From contig CAWHIJ010000003.1 of NCBI GenBank assembly GCA_963829525.1, forward strand, positions 1,344,001 to 1,408,000: a stretch of DNA of 64,000 bases, given 5' to 3'. Numbering within the stretch: the stretch's first letter is position 1; every line of letters begins with the position of its first letter. The stretch is from an uncultured Actinomycetota bacterium. Its GTDB lineage: Bacteria; Actinomycetota; Actinomycetes; JAHEKZ01. Shown piece after piece: positions 20,534-29,937 of the stretch. A program made the position numbers and the translations under genes. Under the pieces are notes generated by a model. It was given only the letters and a program-made list of their open reading frames with translations. It searched no databases and was not told where the DNA came from.

Positions 20534-22182
20534 CCGACTCGACTGGTTCAGTCTCCAGCGCCACTCCGTCAAAGGTCACCCGCTCGCCGCGGACATCGAC
20601 CTGGGTCTGCCCGATGGTGTCGTTGCCGATCATCTCGGCCAGCCCGATACCTGCGACAATTGCGGACCGGAAGCGCCCTGCGCCGGAGGCCCAAGCCGTC
20701 CACATCGCACCCTTGGCTGACGAAGGCAAGCGACAGGTCGGCGGCGGTGGCGCCGTGACCACCGAACTGGGGGCCAAAGAGCAGAGGCTCTGCACGGTCA
20801 ACGGTGGCGTTGGGGTCGCCGGTGAGCCCCCAGGCCGGAAAGCCCGCCTTCAGCACGAGGTTCGGCTTGGCCCCGAAGTACGCAGGCTCCCACAGGACGA
20901 TGTCAGCCAGCTTGCCGATCTCAAGAGACCCGAGCTCGTGTGAGAAACCATGGGCGATCGCCGGGTTGATAGTGAGTTTCGCCAGGTAGCGCAGCACGCG
21001 GGCGTTGTCGGCATGTGTGCCGTCGGTGCCCTCCAAAGGCCCCCTGGCCCGCTTGTTCTGGGCGGCCATGGCGAAGGTGCGCTTAACGGTCTCGCCGGCG
21101 CGTCCCATGCCCTGGGCGTCCGATGAAGTGATCGGGATGACGCCGAGGTCGTGCAACACGTTCTCGGCGGCCATGGTTGCCCCGCGGATACGGTCCGATG
21201 CCATCTGCATGTCGCCGGGGAGGTCGGGCTTGAGTCCATGGCTGGCGATGATCATGTCGAGGTGCTCGTGGATGGCGTCCCGACCATAGGGGAGCGTGGG
21301 ATTGGTCGAAGAGCCAATCACGTTCGCAACTCCGGCCAGCTGCAGAACGTTGGGGACGTGACCCCCGCCGCACCCTTCGACATGGAAGGCGTGGATCGTG
21401 CGACCGTCGAGAACGCTGAGAGTGTCGGCAACCGAAAGGCTCTCGTTGAGGCCGTCGGTGTGCAACGCCACTTGGACGTCGTACTCCTCGGCCACACGAA
21501 GCGCGGTGTCGAGCGCTCGAGCGTGGGCACCGGTGTCTTCATGCACCTTGAAGCCGCACACCCCGCCCCGCTCCAGTGCCTCGCGCAGCGGTGCATCGCC
21601 GGAGGATGAGCCCCGGCCGAGGAATCCGATGTTGACCGGCCACTCGTCAAACGCGGCGAATGCCTTGCGTAGCCCCCAGGGGGAGTTGACGCCTACACCC
21701 CAGACCGGGCCGAACTCTTGGCCGAGAATCGTGGTGACGCCGGACGAGAGTGCAGCCTCCATGATCCTCGGTGACATCAGGTGCACATGGGTATCGATCG
21801 CTCCCGGTGTGGCGATCATCCCCTCACCACTTATGACCGCGGTGCTGTTCCCCACGACGACTTCGACACCGTCGAGGGTGTGCGGGTTGCCGGCCCGGCC
21901 GATGCCGCTGATCCGCCCCTCGCGGATGCCGATCGACACCTTTCGGATCCCAAGCACCGGATCGAGCATCAGCACGTTGGAGACGACGACGTCGCAGGAT
22001 TCAGCGGTCGTGACAGCCTGCAGGTGGATACCGTCGCGGGCGGTCTTGCCGAAACCCATCAAGAACTCGTCACCGTGCTGCTGGGAGTCGCTCTCCACCT
22101 CCACGATCAGTCCAGTGTCGCCAAGCTGAACCCTGTCACCGGCGGTCGCGCCGTAGACCGCGATGTAGTCGTCGGACTTCAT
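20505..22182 (-). CDS. ureC: Urease alpha subunit, divergent (frameshift near 20650)
   Basis: DTHVH, GFKVHED, HTD, HVEGCGGGH, SSTNPT, SSDAQGMGR; C-terminal LSRLYFL* in a shifted frame ending 20505. Confidence 0.88.
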
Positions 22183-22895
22183 GGCGTCGCCCCATCCTGT
22201 GATCCGTCGGCGGGGCCCGTATCGAGGTACCCAGTGGCACGTGCCTTCGCCAGGGCAGCGCGCTTGGCGCCAGGGGCGTCCAGAGGGCCGTCTACGAGTC
22301 CGGCGAAACCGATCACCACGCGCTCACCTCCGATCGGCGCTAGTCCAACGGTGACACTGGCTTGTGGGTCGAACCGGATGGCTTCACCCGCGTCGATGGC
22401 CAGCCGCATGCCGTAGGCGGCACTGCGATCGAACTCAAGGCGCGGATTGACCTCAAAGAAGTGAAAGTGCGAAGTGACGCTGATGGGGACGCCCGAGGTG
22501 TTGCGCACCGCTAGTTCGAGTGATGCCGGTGTTGCCGCGTCGACGTTCTCGTTGGCCGGATGCACCGAACCTGGAGTGGAGTCACCGTGAGCGGGACCGA
22601 GGGGGTCGGGAACGACCACCAGCCGGCTGCCGTCGTCGAAGACGGCCTCGACCCAGACCTCGGGCACCAGGGCAGCCACCCCGGGCAGGACGTCGTCTGG
22701 CTCGAGGACGTTGCAGGCGGCATCAACGGCGTCCCGCAGCCGGTTTCCGTCGCGAGCTGCCTCGATCACGGTGTCGGCGATGATTGCGGTGGCCTCGGGG
22801 GCGTTGAGTTGCAGGCCTCTGGCCTTTCGGGCACGGGCGAGCTCGGCGGTTGTGAAGATCAACAGGCGGTCTCGCTCGGTTGGGGTGAGGCGCAT
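22179..22895 (-). CDS. ureAB: Fused urease gamma/beta subunit
   Basis: MRLTPTERDRL, EAVFDDGSRLV, SHFHFFEVN, AYGMRL. Confidence 0.92.
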   Translation of the reverse strand: MRLTPTERDRLLIFTTAELARARKARGLQLNAPEATAIIADTVIEAARDGNRLRDAVDAACNVLEPDDVLPGVAALVPEVWVEAVFDDGSRLVVVPDPLGPAHGDSTPGSVHPANENVDAATPASLELAVRNTSGVPISVTSHFHFFEVNPRLEFDRSAAYGMRLAIDAGEAIRFDPQASVTVGLAPIGGERVVIGFAGLVDGPLDAPGAKRAALAKARATGYLDTGPADGSQDGATP

Positions 22896-22907
22896 ACCCT
22901 CGATCCA

Positions 22908-22942
22908 ACACCTTTGGGGTAACTTTCACGGGCCAAAGGTGT
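22908..22942. repeat. Perfect 10-bp inverted repeat in the ureAB/tRNA divergent spacer
   Basis: ACACCTTTGG-N15-CCAAAGGTGT. Confidence 0.6.
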
Positions 22943-22961
22943 GCCAGAGATCCGATTTTCC

Positions 22962-23035
22962 GGGGCGGTAGCTCAGCCGGTCAGAGCAGCGGACTCATAA
23001 TCCGTCGGTCGTGGGTTCGAGCCCCACCCGCCCCA
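22962..23035 (+). tRNA. tRNA with CAT anticodon (probably tRNA-Ile2, lysidine type; otherwise Met)
   Basis: GGGGCGG/CCGCCCC acceptor stem, TAGCTCAG D-arm, GCGGA-CTCATAA-TCCGT anticodon arm, GTTCGAG T-loop; CCA not encoded. Confidence 0.93.
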
Positions 23036-23407
23036 CTACTTCTGTGTGTTACTCCGGTTGACCAGGCCTTGGATGTCCCATGCTCGTCCATGTACCACAG
23101 AGACGGGCTGGTGCGAGGGAATTGCCAGGTATCCGAAGAGGCGAGTGCGCAGCGTTGCACGCCACTGTGTGAGGCTCGTACCCGTCGCGGTGGGGGAGCG
23201 GCCGGTCGTGATCGTTGTGTCGGTAGCGCGAATCCCAGACGTCGGCAGAATCTCAAGAGGGGACTGAGCGCCGACTCCCACGCCGGGTGTCACCCCCGGG
23301 TCGACATCGCATAGCTCCAGACAACCACCAAGCCGACACCGAATCCGGGGAGAAAGCCTCTTGGTGGCTCCCCAACGCACATTCAGGATGAGGTGGGGAG
23401 GTTTGTC

Positions 23408-23800
23408 ATGTATCGGCAAGTAGTGGCGAAACCCGACACTCATCCGTCCCGTCGCTCAAGGCGGCAACGTTGGGGAACCGTGGGCAGGAGTATGGCCTTC
23501 TTCGGTCTGTTCTGGCTGGCGTGCGTGCTTGGGTCTTGCCTAGCCATGGGCCAGCTGACGCAATCGATTGGCGGGCCGCCGTACCCCTCGACACTGTCCG
23601 TTATCTCAACCTGGACTGTGGCGTTCGGCTGCCTTCTTGCGGCTGTCGTCTTACCGTGGTTCGGGATCGCGACCGCTATCTGGGCGCGGAGGACCGGTGC
23701 CGGTGCCAGTTCGCTCATTGCACTCGCATTCAACGCGCTCGCAGCCCTTCTCGTCGTGTTGGTGCTGGGGCTCTCACTCGCCTGGTGGGCCAGCTCTTGA
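23408..23800 (+). CDS. Hypothetical 3-TM membrane protein
   Basis: GGAGG RBS; three hydrophobic segments. Confidence 0.5.
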   Translation: MYRQVVAKPDTHPSRRSRRQRWGTVGRSMAFFGLFWLACVLGSCLAMGQLTQSIGGPPYPSTLSVISTWTVAFGCLLAAVVLPWFGIATAIWARRTGAGASSLIALAFNALAALLVVLVLGLSLAWWASS

Positions 23801-24161
23801 GGGTTGGCTTCTCGGAGGCCTTGAGCTTCCATCACCGAGTTGAGCGCAGTGCTGGCCTCGCGGTCCGGGGAGCGTCCGAACCGATAGCGGCGCGTGGTCA
23901 GGCCTTCGTTGACATCTCGACCGGCGAGGCGAAGGGAAAGCAGATCATCGCCACGCTCCAGCGGACGATCGAAAGCACGTACGCGATGCGAATCTGGTCT
24001 GCGCCTCACTTCTAGCTGACGCACCCGTCCTTGAATGCCAGTTCCTCCGTGTTTCACAGTGGCTCGCCTCCCAGCCGGTGCGATGGGTAGCTGATCCCGC
24101 AATGAGGGGTCCACCTGGTCGAGGGTTGCGCCGCGTTCTCACAGCCGACAACACTGGCTTC

Positions 24162-27100
24162 GTGCGGGTGTGCTCAAGTTGCAGCGAGTCGAACCTCGAC
24201 CGTGCGCGATTCTGTCTCGCATGCGGTTCACCACTGAAGGATGGGGTCACAGATCGCCGTCCCGTGACCGCTCTGTTCTGTGATCTCGTCGCTTCCACTG
24301 AGCTGGGCGAACGCCTGGACGCCGAGGTGCTGCGTCGGGTTCTCGACCGCTACCACGAAGTGATGCGCGAAGGGATTGAGCGGCACGGCGGAGTGGTCGA
24401 GAAGTTCATCGGTGACGCCGTTGTCGGTGTATTCGGAGTCCCCGAGGTCCACGAGGACGATGCGCTCCGTGCGGTACGTGCCGCACTCGAGATGCGCGAC
24501 TCCCTGCCCAGCCTCGGCGATGAACTCGATCTCGATCTCAGAATCCGCATTGGTATCCAAACCGGCGAAGCTGTCACCGATGTCGCATCCGCGATCCGGG
24601 GCGGAACCGGCGGGGACACATTCAACACCGCTGCTCGCCTACAGACACTGGCTCCGGCCGGGGGTGTGGTCGTGGGAGATGCGACCGGAGACCTGGTGGG
24701 TCGACTAGTGAAGCTAGAGCCGCTGGAACCCTTGTCATTGAAGGGGAAGAAGGCACCGATGGTGGCCTGGCTCGTCATGGGCTTGTCGATGAAACAGAGG
24801 GCGGCGGACACGCCGATCGTCGGTCGGCGACGGGAACTCGCACTGCTCGACGCCGCCTTCGAGGAGGCCAAGTCGGCACGCGCACCGGTGCTCGTCACGC
24901 TTCTCGCTCCGCCCGGCGTAGGTAAGTCGCGTCTGGGCGAAGAGGTCAAGGAATCGCTTGCCGAACGGGCTAGGGTCCTCGTCGCACAGACCCCGTCCTA
25001 CGGCGACGGCATCACGTTCGCGCCGCTTGTGGACCTGCTTGCCGATGCGGCCGGTGCCTCTATTGACGAGCCGGCCGTGATCGCTGCACGGCTCCGGCAA
25101 AGATTGACGATGGAATCGGATGGTGCCGCTGTCGGAGACCGACTTGCACACGTACTCGGGGTCGAAGGTACTGCGTCAGGCGACACCAGTTGGGCGCTCG
25201 GACGGCTACTTGAGTCGCTTGCGCGTGAGGGTCCGATCGTCGCAATCCTCGACGACGTCCATTGGGCGGAGCCGCCCATGCTCGATCTGGTGGAGGCTGT
25301 CACTGAACGAACACACGCACCGCTTCTCTTACTGTGCCTTGCTCGCCCAGAGATTCTGGAAACTCGGCCAACCTGGGGTGGTGGCCGGCACCGCGTCATC
25401 ACCATGACCTTGTCGCCGCTGTCGGAAGACGAGTCGCGCACGCTCGCCCGCCGCCTTCTCGGTGCTGACGCCCCCGACGAGCTTGTCGATGCCGTGATCG
25501 ATCGCGGTGAGGGGAACCCACTCTTCCTCGAACAGGTGGTCGCAAAGCTGTCAGATGAGGGTCTCGTCTCGGCCGGTGGCTGGACCGGCGGATCCGGGGC
25601 CGACCTAGAGGTGCCTCCCACGATCCATGCGCTCCTTGCTTCCCGGCTCGATCGGCTCGACGACTCAACGCGCTCCATGCTGGCGATTGCGGCCGTTGAC
25701 GGACGGCGGTTTTCTGTGCCGACCGTTGCGTTCCTCGCAGATCGAACCGAGGCCGACGTCCGGGCGAAGCTCGAGCTGCTGGAGCCGCGGGGGTTCGTCG
25801 AACAAGAGGACGGGTCGAGTCAGCGGTGGCGGTTCGCTCACGCGCTCATCCGCGACGCTGCATACCAGCGCATGCCCAAGGAGCGGCGGGCCGAGCTGCA
25901 CGAGGAATTGGCCACTCGCCTGGCGTCCAGCGCCGCTGACGACGAAGCGATTGCTCGACATCTTCAGCAAGCGATTACCTTCCGGCGGGAGGTGCGTCTC
26001 GACGAGGAGCACACGGCCGAGTTGGCACGGGCTGCCGGTGAGCGATTTGCCGCCGCGGGTGAAAGCGCCTACAACCGATCGGATCTTGCCAGTGCCGCAC
26101 CGCTGCTCGAGCGTGCAGTCACCTTCTTGCCGGAGGATGCCGCCGAGCGGTTCCGGATTCTTCCTCGCCTTGGTGCGGCGTTGATGGAGATCGGACGTGC
26201 TCACGATGCCGAGACCTTGCTTGCCGACGCAATCGGCGTTGCGCGACAACGAGGCTCAGAGCTAGACGCGCTACGAGCAGAAGTGCAGCTTGTGGTGGCG
26301 AGAGGTGTCTATCGGGCCACCACAGCCGTCGAGATAGAGACGCAGATGACCCGGCTTGAGTTACTGCGCACACCGTTGCACCAGCACGGTCACCGCGGGG
26401 CACTGGCAGAGTTCTGGATGGCGCTTGACTACCTCGAGTTCATGCGCGGAAACCCCGCGGCGATGTTCAAGGCAAACCTGCAAGCCATGGAGGACGCGGC
26501 CGCTGCCGGATGGCCGCGCGAGGAAATGCAGGCGGCCAGCGACATCATCGCAGCGGCTGTCCTGGGTCCGATGACTTTCGACGAGATTCGTGCCTTCGGC
26601 AATGAGCTGACGACAAGTAACGATCCGATCCGGGTATCGACGGGCCTGGCGGCCATCCTTGCGGCGGACGTGGCGCAGGGTGTCGACCCCGAGGCGACCG
26701 AACACGCCTGGCAGGAGTTCACGAGCGGCCATGGGCTGGTGTGGCTTGAGGGGGCGCACAGCGCGCACATAGCCGCGCTTGAGCTGGCGTCAGGTGCGTT
26801 GGATCGCGCTGAGCGGCGCATCTTGCGCGCCAGGCAGACGGCCGTGGCGATGGGGGACATATGGTACGTCAACATCATGGAGGCGATCCTTGCTTTTGCG
26901 CTCGACGGGCAAGGGCGCACGCACGAGTTCTTGCGGATCGCGGATCGCTACGAGTCACACATGTCAGTGTTCGATCTCGAGGCGCGCGTCCACAGACACC
27001 GGCTACGGTCGCTGGCCTTCTCGCGCCGCGGGGCTCTTGACGATGCGGAGGCTTCGGCTCGAGAGGCGTTGAAGCTTGTCGAGCCGTCCGGCCTGGTGTC

Positions 27101-27251
27101 CACGAAGGCGGGGACGATGGTCGAGCTTTCAACGGTACTTTCTGCGAGAGGGTTCACTACGGAGGCGGCGTCGTACCGAGACGCCGCTGTCGAGACATAC
27201 CGAAGGAAAGGCAACATCACGGCCATCGCGGAACTTGCGCGCGGCACGTAG
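24162..27251 (+). CDS. Zn-ribbon + class III adenylate/guanylate cyclase + AAA (STAND-like) + helical repeat protein
   Basis: CSSC..FCLACG; LFCDLVAST, KFIGDAV, GDTFNTAARLQ; PGVGKS; DDVHWA; GNPLFLE. Confidence 0.9.
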   Translation: MRVCSSCSESNLDRARFCLACGSPLKDGVTDRRPVTALFCDLVASTELGERLDAEVLRRVLDRYHEVMREGIERHGGVVEKFIGDAVVGVFGVPEVHEDDALRAVRAALEMRDSLPSLGDELDLDLRIRIGIQTGEAVTDVASAIRGGTGGDTFNTAARLQTLAPAGGVVVGDATGDLVGRLVKLEPLEPLSLKGKKAPMVAWLVMGLSMKQRAADTPIVGRRRELALLDAAFEEAKSARAPVLVTLLAPPGVGKSRLGEEVKESLAERARVLVAQTPSYGDGITFAPLVDLLADAAGASIDEPAVIAARLRQRLTMESDGAAVGDRLAHVLGVEGTASGDTSWALGRLLESLAREGPIVAILDDVHWAEPPMLDLVEAVTERTHAPLLLLCLARPEILETRPTWGGGRHRVITMTLSPLSEDESRTLARRLLGADAPDELVDAVIDRGEGNPLFLEQVVAKLSDEGLVSAGGWTGGSGADLEVPPTIHALLASRLDRLDDSTRSMLAIAAVDGRRFSVPTVAFLADRTEADVRAKLELLEPRGFVEQEDGSSQRWRFAHALIRDAAYQRMPKERRAELHEELATRLASSAADDEAIARHLQQAITFRREVRLDEEHTAELARAAGERFAAAGESAYNRSDLASAAPLLERAVTFLPEDAAERFRILPRLGAALMEIGRAHDAETLLADAIGVARQRGSELDALRAEVQLVVARGVYRATTAVEIETQMTRLELLRTPLHQHGHRGALAEFWMALDYLEFMRGNPAAMFKANLQAMEDAAAAGWPREEMQAASDIIAAAVLGPMTFDEIRAFGNELTTSNDPIRVSTGLAAILAADVAQGVDPEATEHAWQEFTSGHGLVWLEGAHSAHIAALELASGALDRAERRILRARQTAVAMGDIWYVNIMEAILAFALDGQGRTHEFLRIADRYESHMSVFDLEARVHRHRLRSLAFSRRGALDDAEASAREALKLVEPSGLVSTKAGTMVELSTVLSARGFTTEAASYRDAAVETYRRKGNITAIAELARGT

Positions 27252-27323
27252 GTGGTTGGCGGAGAAGAGACAGCTGGAGATCCCCCAAACAAGGTCGCGG
27301 GTCCCAGTGGGAGCAAATCTTTC

Positions 27324-27360
27324 TCCGTCGGTCGTGGGTTTAGGCCCGGTCCGCTCACCA
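27324..27360 (+). repeat. Degenerate copy of the tRNA 3' half (attR-like)
   Basis: TCCGTCGGTCGTGGGTT is identical to 23001-23017, followed by a diverged tail ending CCGCTCACCA. Confidence 0.75.
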
Positions 27361-27381
27361 AGGGGCAATAGAGTCCGCTAG

Positions 27382-28053
27382 GTGAGCGATCAGGATGACG
27401 CGGCGGTTCCACGCCAAGGCGAGCGGCGAATCCCCATGGCGCTGGCGGTCATCGCCGTGGGGATTCTCTTCCTGCTGATCCCCGAGGACTTTCGGGCAGT
27501 GCCTGGTGCGCACATCGGCTTCCCGGTCTTTTTGCTGGTGCTGCTGGTGGTCTTGGTCGTTGGTGACCCAGGTCGGATAGACCGAGTGAACTCATGGTTG
27601 CGGAACGTCACTGGGGTGATGATTGCCGGCATCACCCTCGGAACAGTGGCGTCCGCTGCGCGCCTTGTGGTCGGACTGCTCCACGGGGCGGACTTCAGCT
27701 CTCCAACGGAGCTGCTCACGATCGGGGTGATCGTGTGGACGACGAACGTCATCGCGTTCGCCCTCTGGTACTGGCACCTCGACTCCGGTGGGCCGGCCGC
27801 CCGGCTCAGTCGTTGGGACGTGTCGCGGGCGGCATTTCGGTTTCCGGAGGAGGACATCCCAGCCTTGCTGGAGTCGGGTTGGTATCCGCAGTTTGTCGAC
27901 TACCTGGCACTGTCCTTCAATACCTCCACCGCGTTCAGTTCGGCGGACGTCTCAGCAATACGCCATTGGTCGAAGCTGATGATGATGATCGAGGGGGCGA
28001 TCTCCCTCACCCTCGTCGTCCTGGTGGTCGCCAGGGCCGTCAACGTCCTGTGA
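27382..28053 (+). CDS. DUF1345-like membrane protein
   Basis: FALWYWHLDSGGP, PQFVDYLALSF, ARAVNVL. Confidence 0.78.
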   Translation: MSDQDDAAVPRQGERRIPMALAVIAVGILFLLIPEDFRAVPGAHIGFPVFLLVLLVVLVVGDPGRIDRVNSWLRNVTGVMIAGITLGTVASAARLVVGLLHGADFSSPTELLTIGVIVWTTNVIAFALWYWHLDSGGPAARLSRWDVSRAAFRFPEEDIPALLESGWYPQFVDYLALSFNTSTAFSSADVSAIRHWSKLMMMIEGAISLTLVVLVVARAVNVL

Positions 28054-28154
28054 GCCGACCGGGCTGTCAGCCGTATCCCAAGCCGGTCGGCCGCTAGGGA
28101 GTTGCTCCCCGTGGCCAGAGATGAGATAGGTCTGTGGCCACGGGGAACTTCCGC

Positions 28155-28388
28155 CTAGTTCCGGACGACGGCGCAAACTTCGCCGAGTACGGACATGGCG
28201 TGCGCAGTTGCGGCGTTCGCGGTTTTCAGTCCGTTGTACGCGTGGTCGGGCGCAGTTACGAAGTCGACAACAGATCCATCAGAGACTGTGCACCGCCACA
28301 CCACGTTCCGTGACACCGCCGCGTTTGCCGGAGTAGCCGTGACCGCAATTGCGCCGAGAACGACTGCCGCGATCATGATTCGCTTCAA
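28155..28388 (-). CDS. Small secreted protein
   Basis: GAGG RBS, signal peptide ending PANA, two Cys. Confidence 0.55.
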   Translation of the reverse strand: MKRIMIAAVVLGAIAVTATPANAAVSRNVVWRCTVSDGSVVDFVTAPDHAYNGLKTANAATAHAMSVLGEVCAVVRN

Positions 28389-28805
28389 TGGGACCTCCTC
28401 TTTGGGGGCAGAGCCTTGGCCCCGACGCTCTGCGAGGCCAATCGTAGGCGCAGAGAGCCTCTGTGAAGTACCCGGTTGATGGGTAAAACTCCCAAGATCA
28501 GGGTCGAGTGGGCCTCCAGAACCGGCCGCACTTCACGTCTTCAGTCTGCACAACAATGATTGGCAATACGTGATCACCCTGCGCGGACGATTGGTCAGCA
28601 TATATCCGACACCCAGATCGATTGATGGCTCAATACCGTTAGTCAATCTGGTTCCGGTAACAAATCCAGCGGCTTCAGCAGCGGAACAACATGATCGATG
28701 CCGGGGTCCATCGGCCCCCTGTCCGCGTCATCCAACCACAATGCCTCTATCGATCTTAGGATTCTCGATGGGGTTGATCGGGCAAGTCGTGGGTATTAAG
28801 CCTTC

Positions 28806-29324
28806 ATGAACATCGAGAATCTCCGTAAGCGGGCCAGGCTGATCAGTGACTCCTACCAGCGCGGCGAGAACAGGCCGCTAGGCGGCTACCTACGGGCACT
28901 GGGTGTTTACGGCGTGCTGGTTGCTGCGGCTTCGACAGCGGTCAAGGCTTCCGGACGCCCACTGCCGGAACGTATCGAGCCCTACGATCTGCTCCTCTTG
29001 GGTGTCGCTACCCACAAGACGAGCCGAACCCTGACCAAGGACGCCGTTACCAGTCCCATTCGTGCCCCTTTCACCAGCTTCACAGGTGCTGGGGCGCCTG
29101 GAGAGGTCAGTGAAGAAGTCGACGCCGCAGGGCAGGGGCATGCCGTCGGGGAGCTATTGACCTGCCCGTTCTGCATGGCTCAATGGGTCGCCACGGGATT
29201 CACCATCGGTTTGGTGGTTGCGCCCAGGGTCACTCGGCTGGCCCTTACCGTGATGTCGGGTCGGGCTTTCGCTGACGCACTGCAGTTTGCCTACGCGGGA
29301 CTCGAGAAGGGCTCAGAGCGCTGA
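28806..29324 (+). CDS. DUF1360-family protein
   Basis: ATHKTSR..KDAVTSPIRAPFT, GELLTCPFC; GTTG-N14-GGGTAT SigF-like promoter just upstream. Confidence 0.82.
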   Translation: MNIENLRKRARLISDSYQRGENRPLGGYLRALGVYGVLVAAASTAVKASGRPLPERIEPYDLLLLGVATHKTSRTLTKDAVTSPIRAPFTSFTGAGAPGEVSEEVDAAGQGHAVGELLTCPFCMAQWVATGFTIGLVVAPRVTRLALTVMSGRAFADALQFAYAGLEKGSER

Positions 29325-29331
29325 GCTCGCG

Positions 29332-29853
29332 TCAACGAGCGCTTACGCGGTGAAAGAAGGTCTCCCGCTTCGGGGCCCAGTCGGTGCGCCCCTTGGGGTC
29401 GAACATCTTCGCACCTACCCTCACCGACCTGTGGATGTTGAGACAGGTTCGAGTTGCGCTCCACGTGGCACGGTGCTCGCGGTCGAACGAACTCATGCGC
29501 ACTTGCCCGCAGGTGTCGATCCGACTGCCATGCTGTCCCCACTTGTTCACGCGGTAGAGGGTCCACTCACTGTCCGGAACAGCCACCATGCGTAGCTCTG
29601 GCCCGGCGTTCTTGAGGTTGCGGTCCACATAGACGACGAGGGTGCTGCCGAGACGGATCTTGTCGACCCTTACCTTCACCTTGAACTCATTGCGAGCTCT
29701 GCTGTTGGTCACTTCTGCCCACTTCACGTCGGTCGACGCTTTCGTCGGCGTGCCGTCGTCGAACCTCGCAGTCTCACCCCACGCGGCTGTTGCCGGCATA
29801 ACCAAGGCGGACGCCGCGACTGCGGCTGCGAGCACTGTGCCTCGCATCCTCAT
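29332..29853 (-). CDS. Secreted hypothetical protein
   Basis: GGAGG RBS, signal peptide, C-terminal DWAP motif. Confidence 0.6.
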   Translation of the reverse strand: MRMRGTVLAAAVAASALVMPATAAWGETARFDDGTPTKASTDVKWAEVTNSRARNEFKVKVRVDKIRLGSTLVVYVDRNLKNAGPELRMVAVPDSEWTLYRVNKWGQHGSRIDTCGQVRMSSFDREHRATWSATRTCLNIHRSVRVGAKMFDPKGRTDWAPKRETFFHRVSAR

Positions 29854-29937
29854 CTGAACCTCCAGGTTGTCGGGAACTCTCCATGGGGCGGTACCCCTTT
29901 GCGAGCACTGCAAACCCGGGGAGCAAGAAGCGTGCGA

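Noticed and set aside
23800-24100. Possible gene remnant inside the tRNA islet
   Set aside because: No frame gives a convincing motif.
28390-28800. Riboswitch or sRNA in the AT-richer spacer
   Set aside because: Only short hairpins; no consensus recognised. An Rfam/Infernal scan would be needed.
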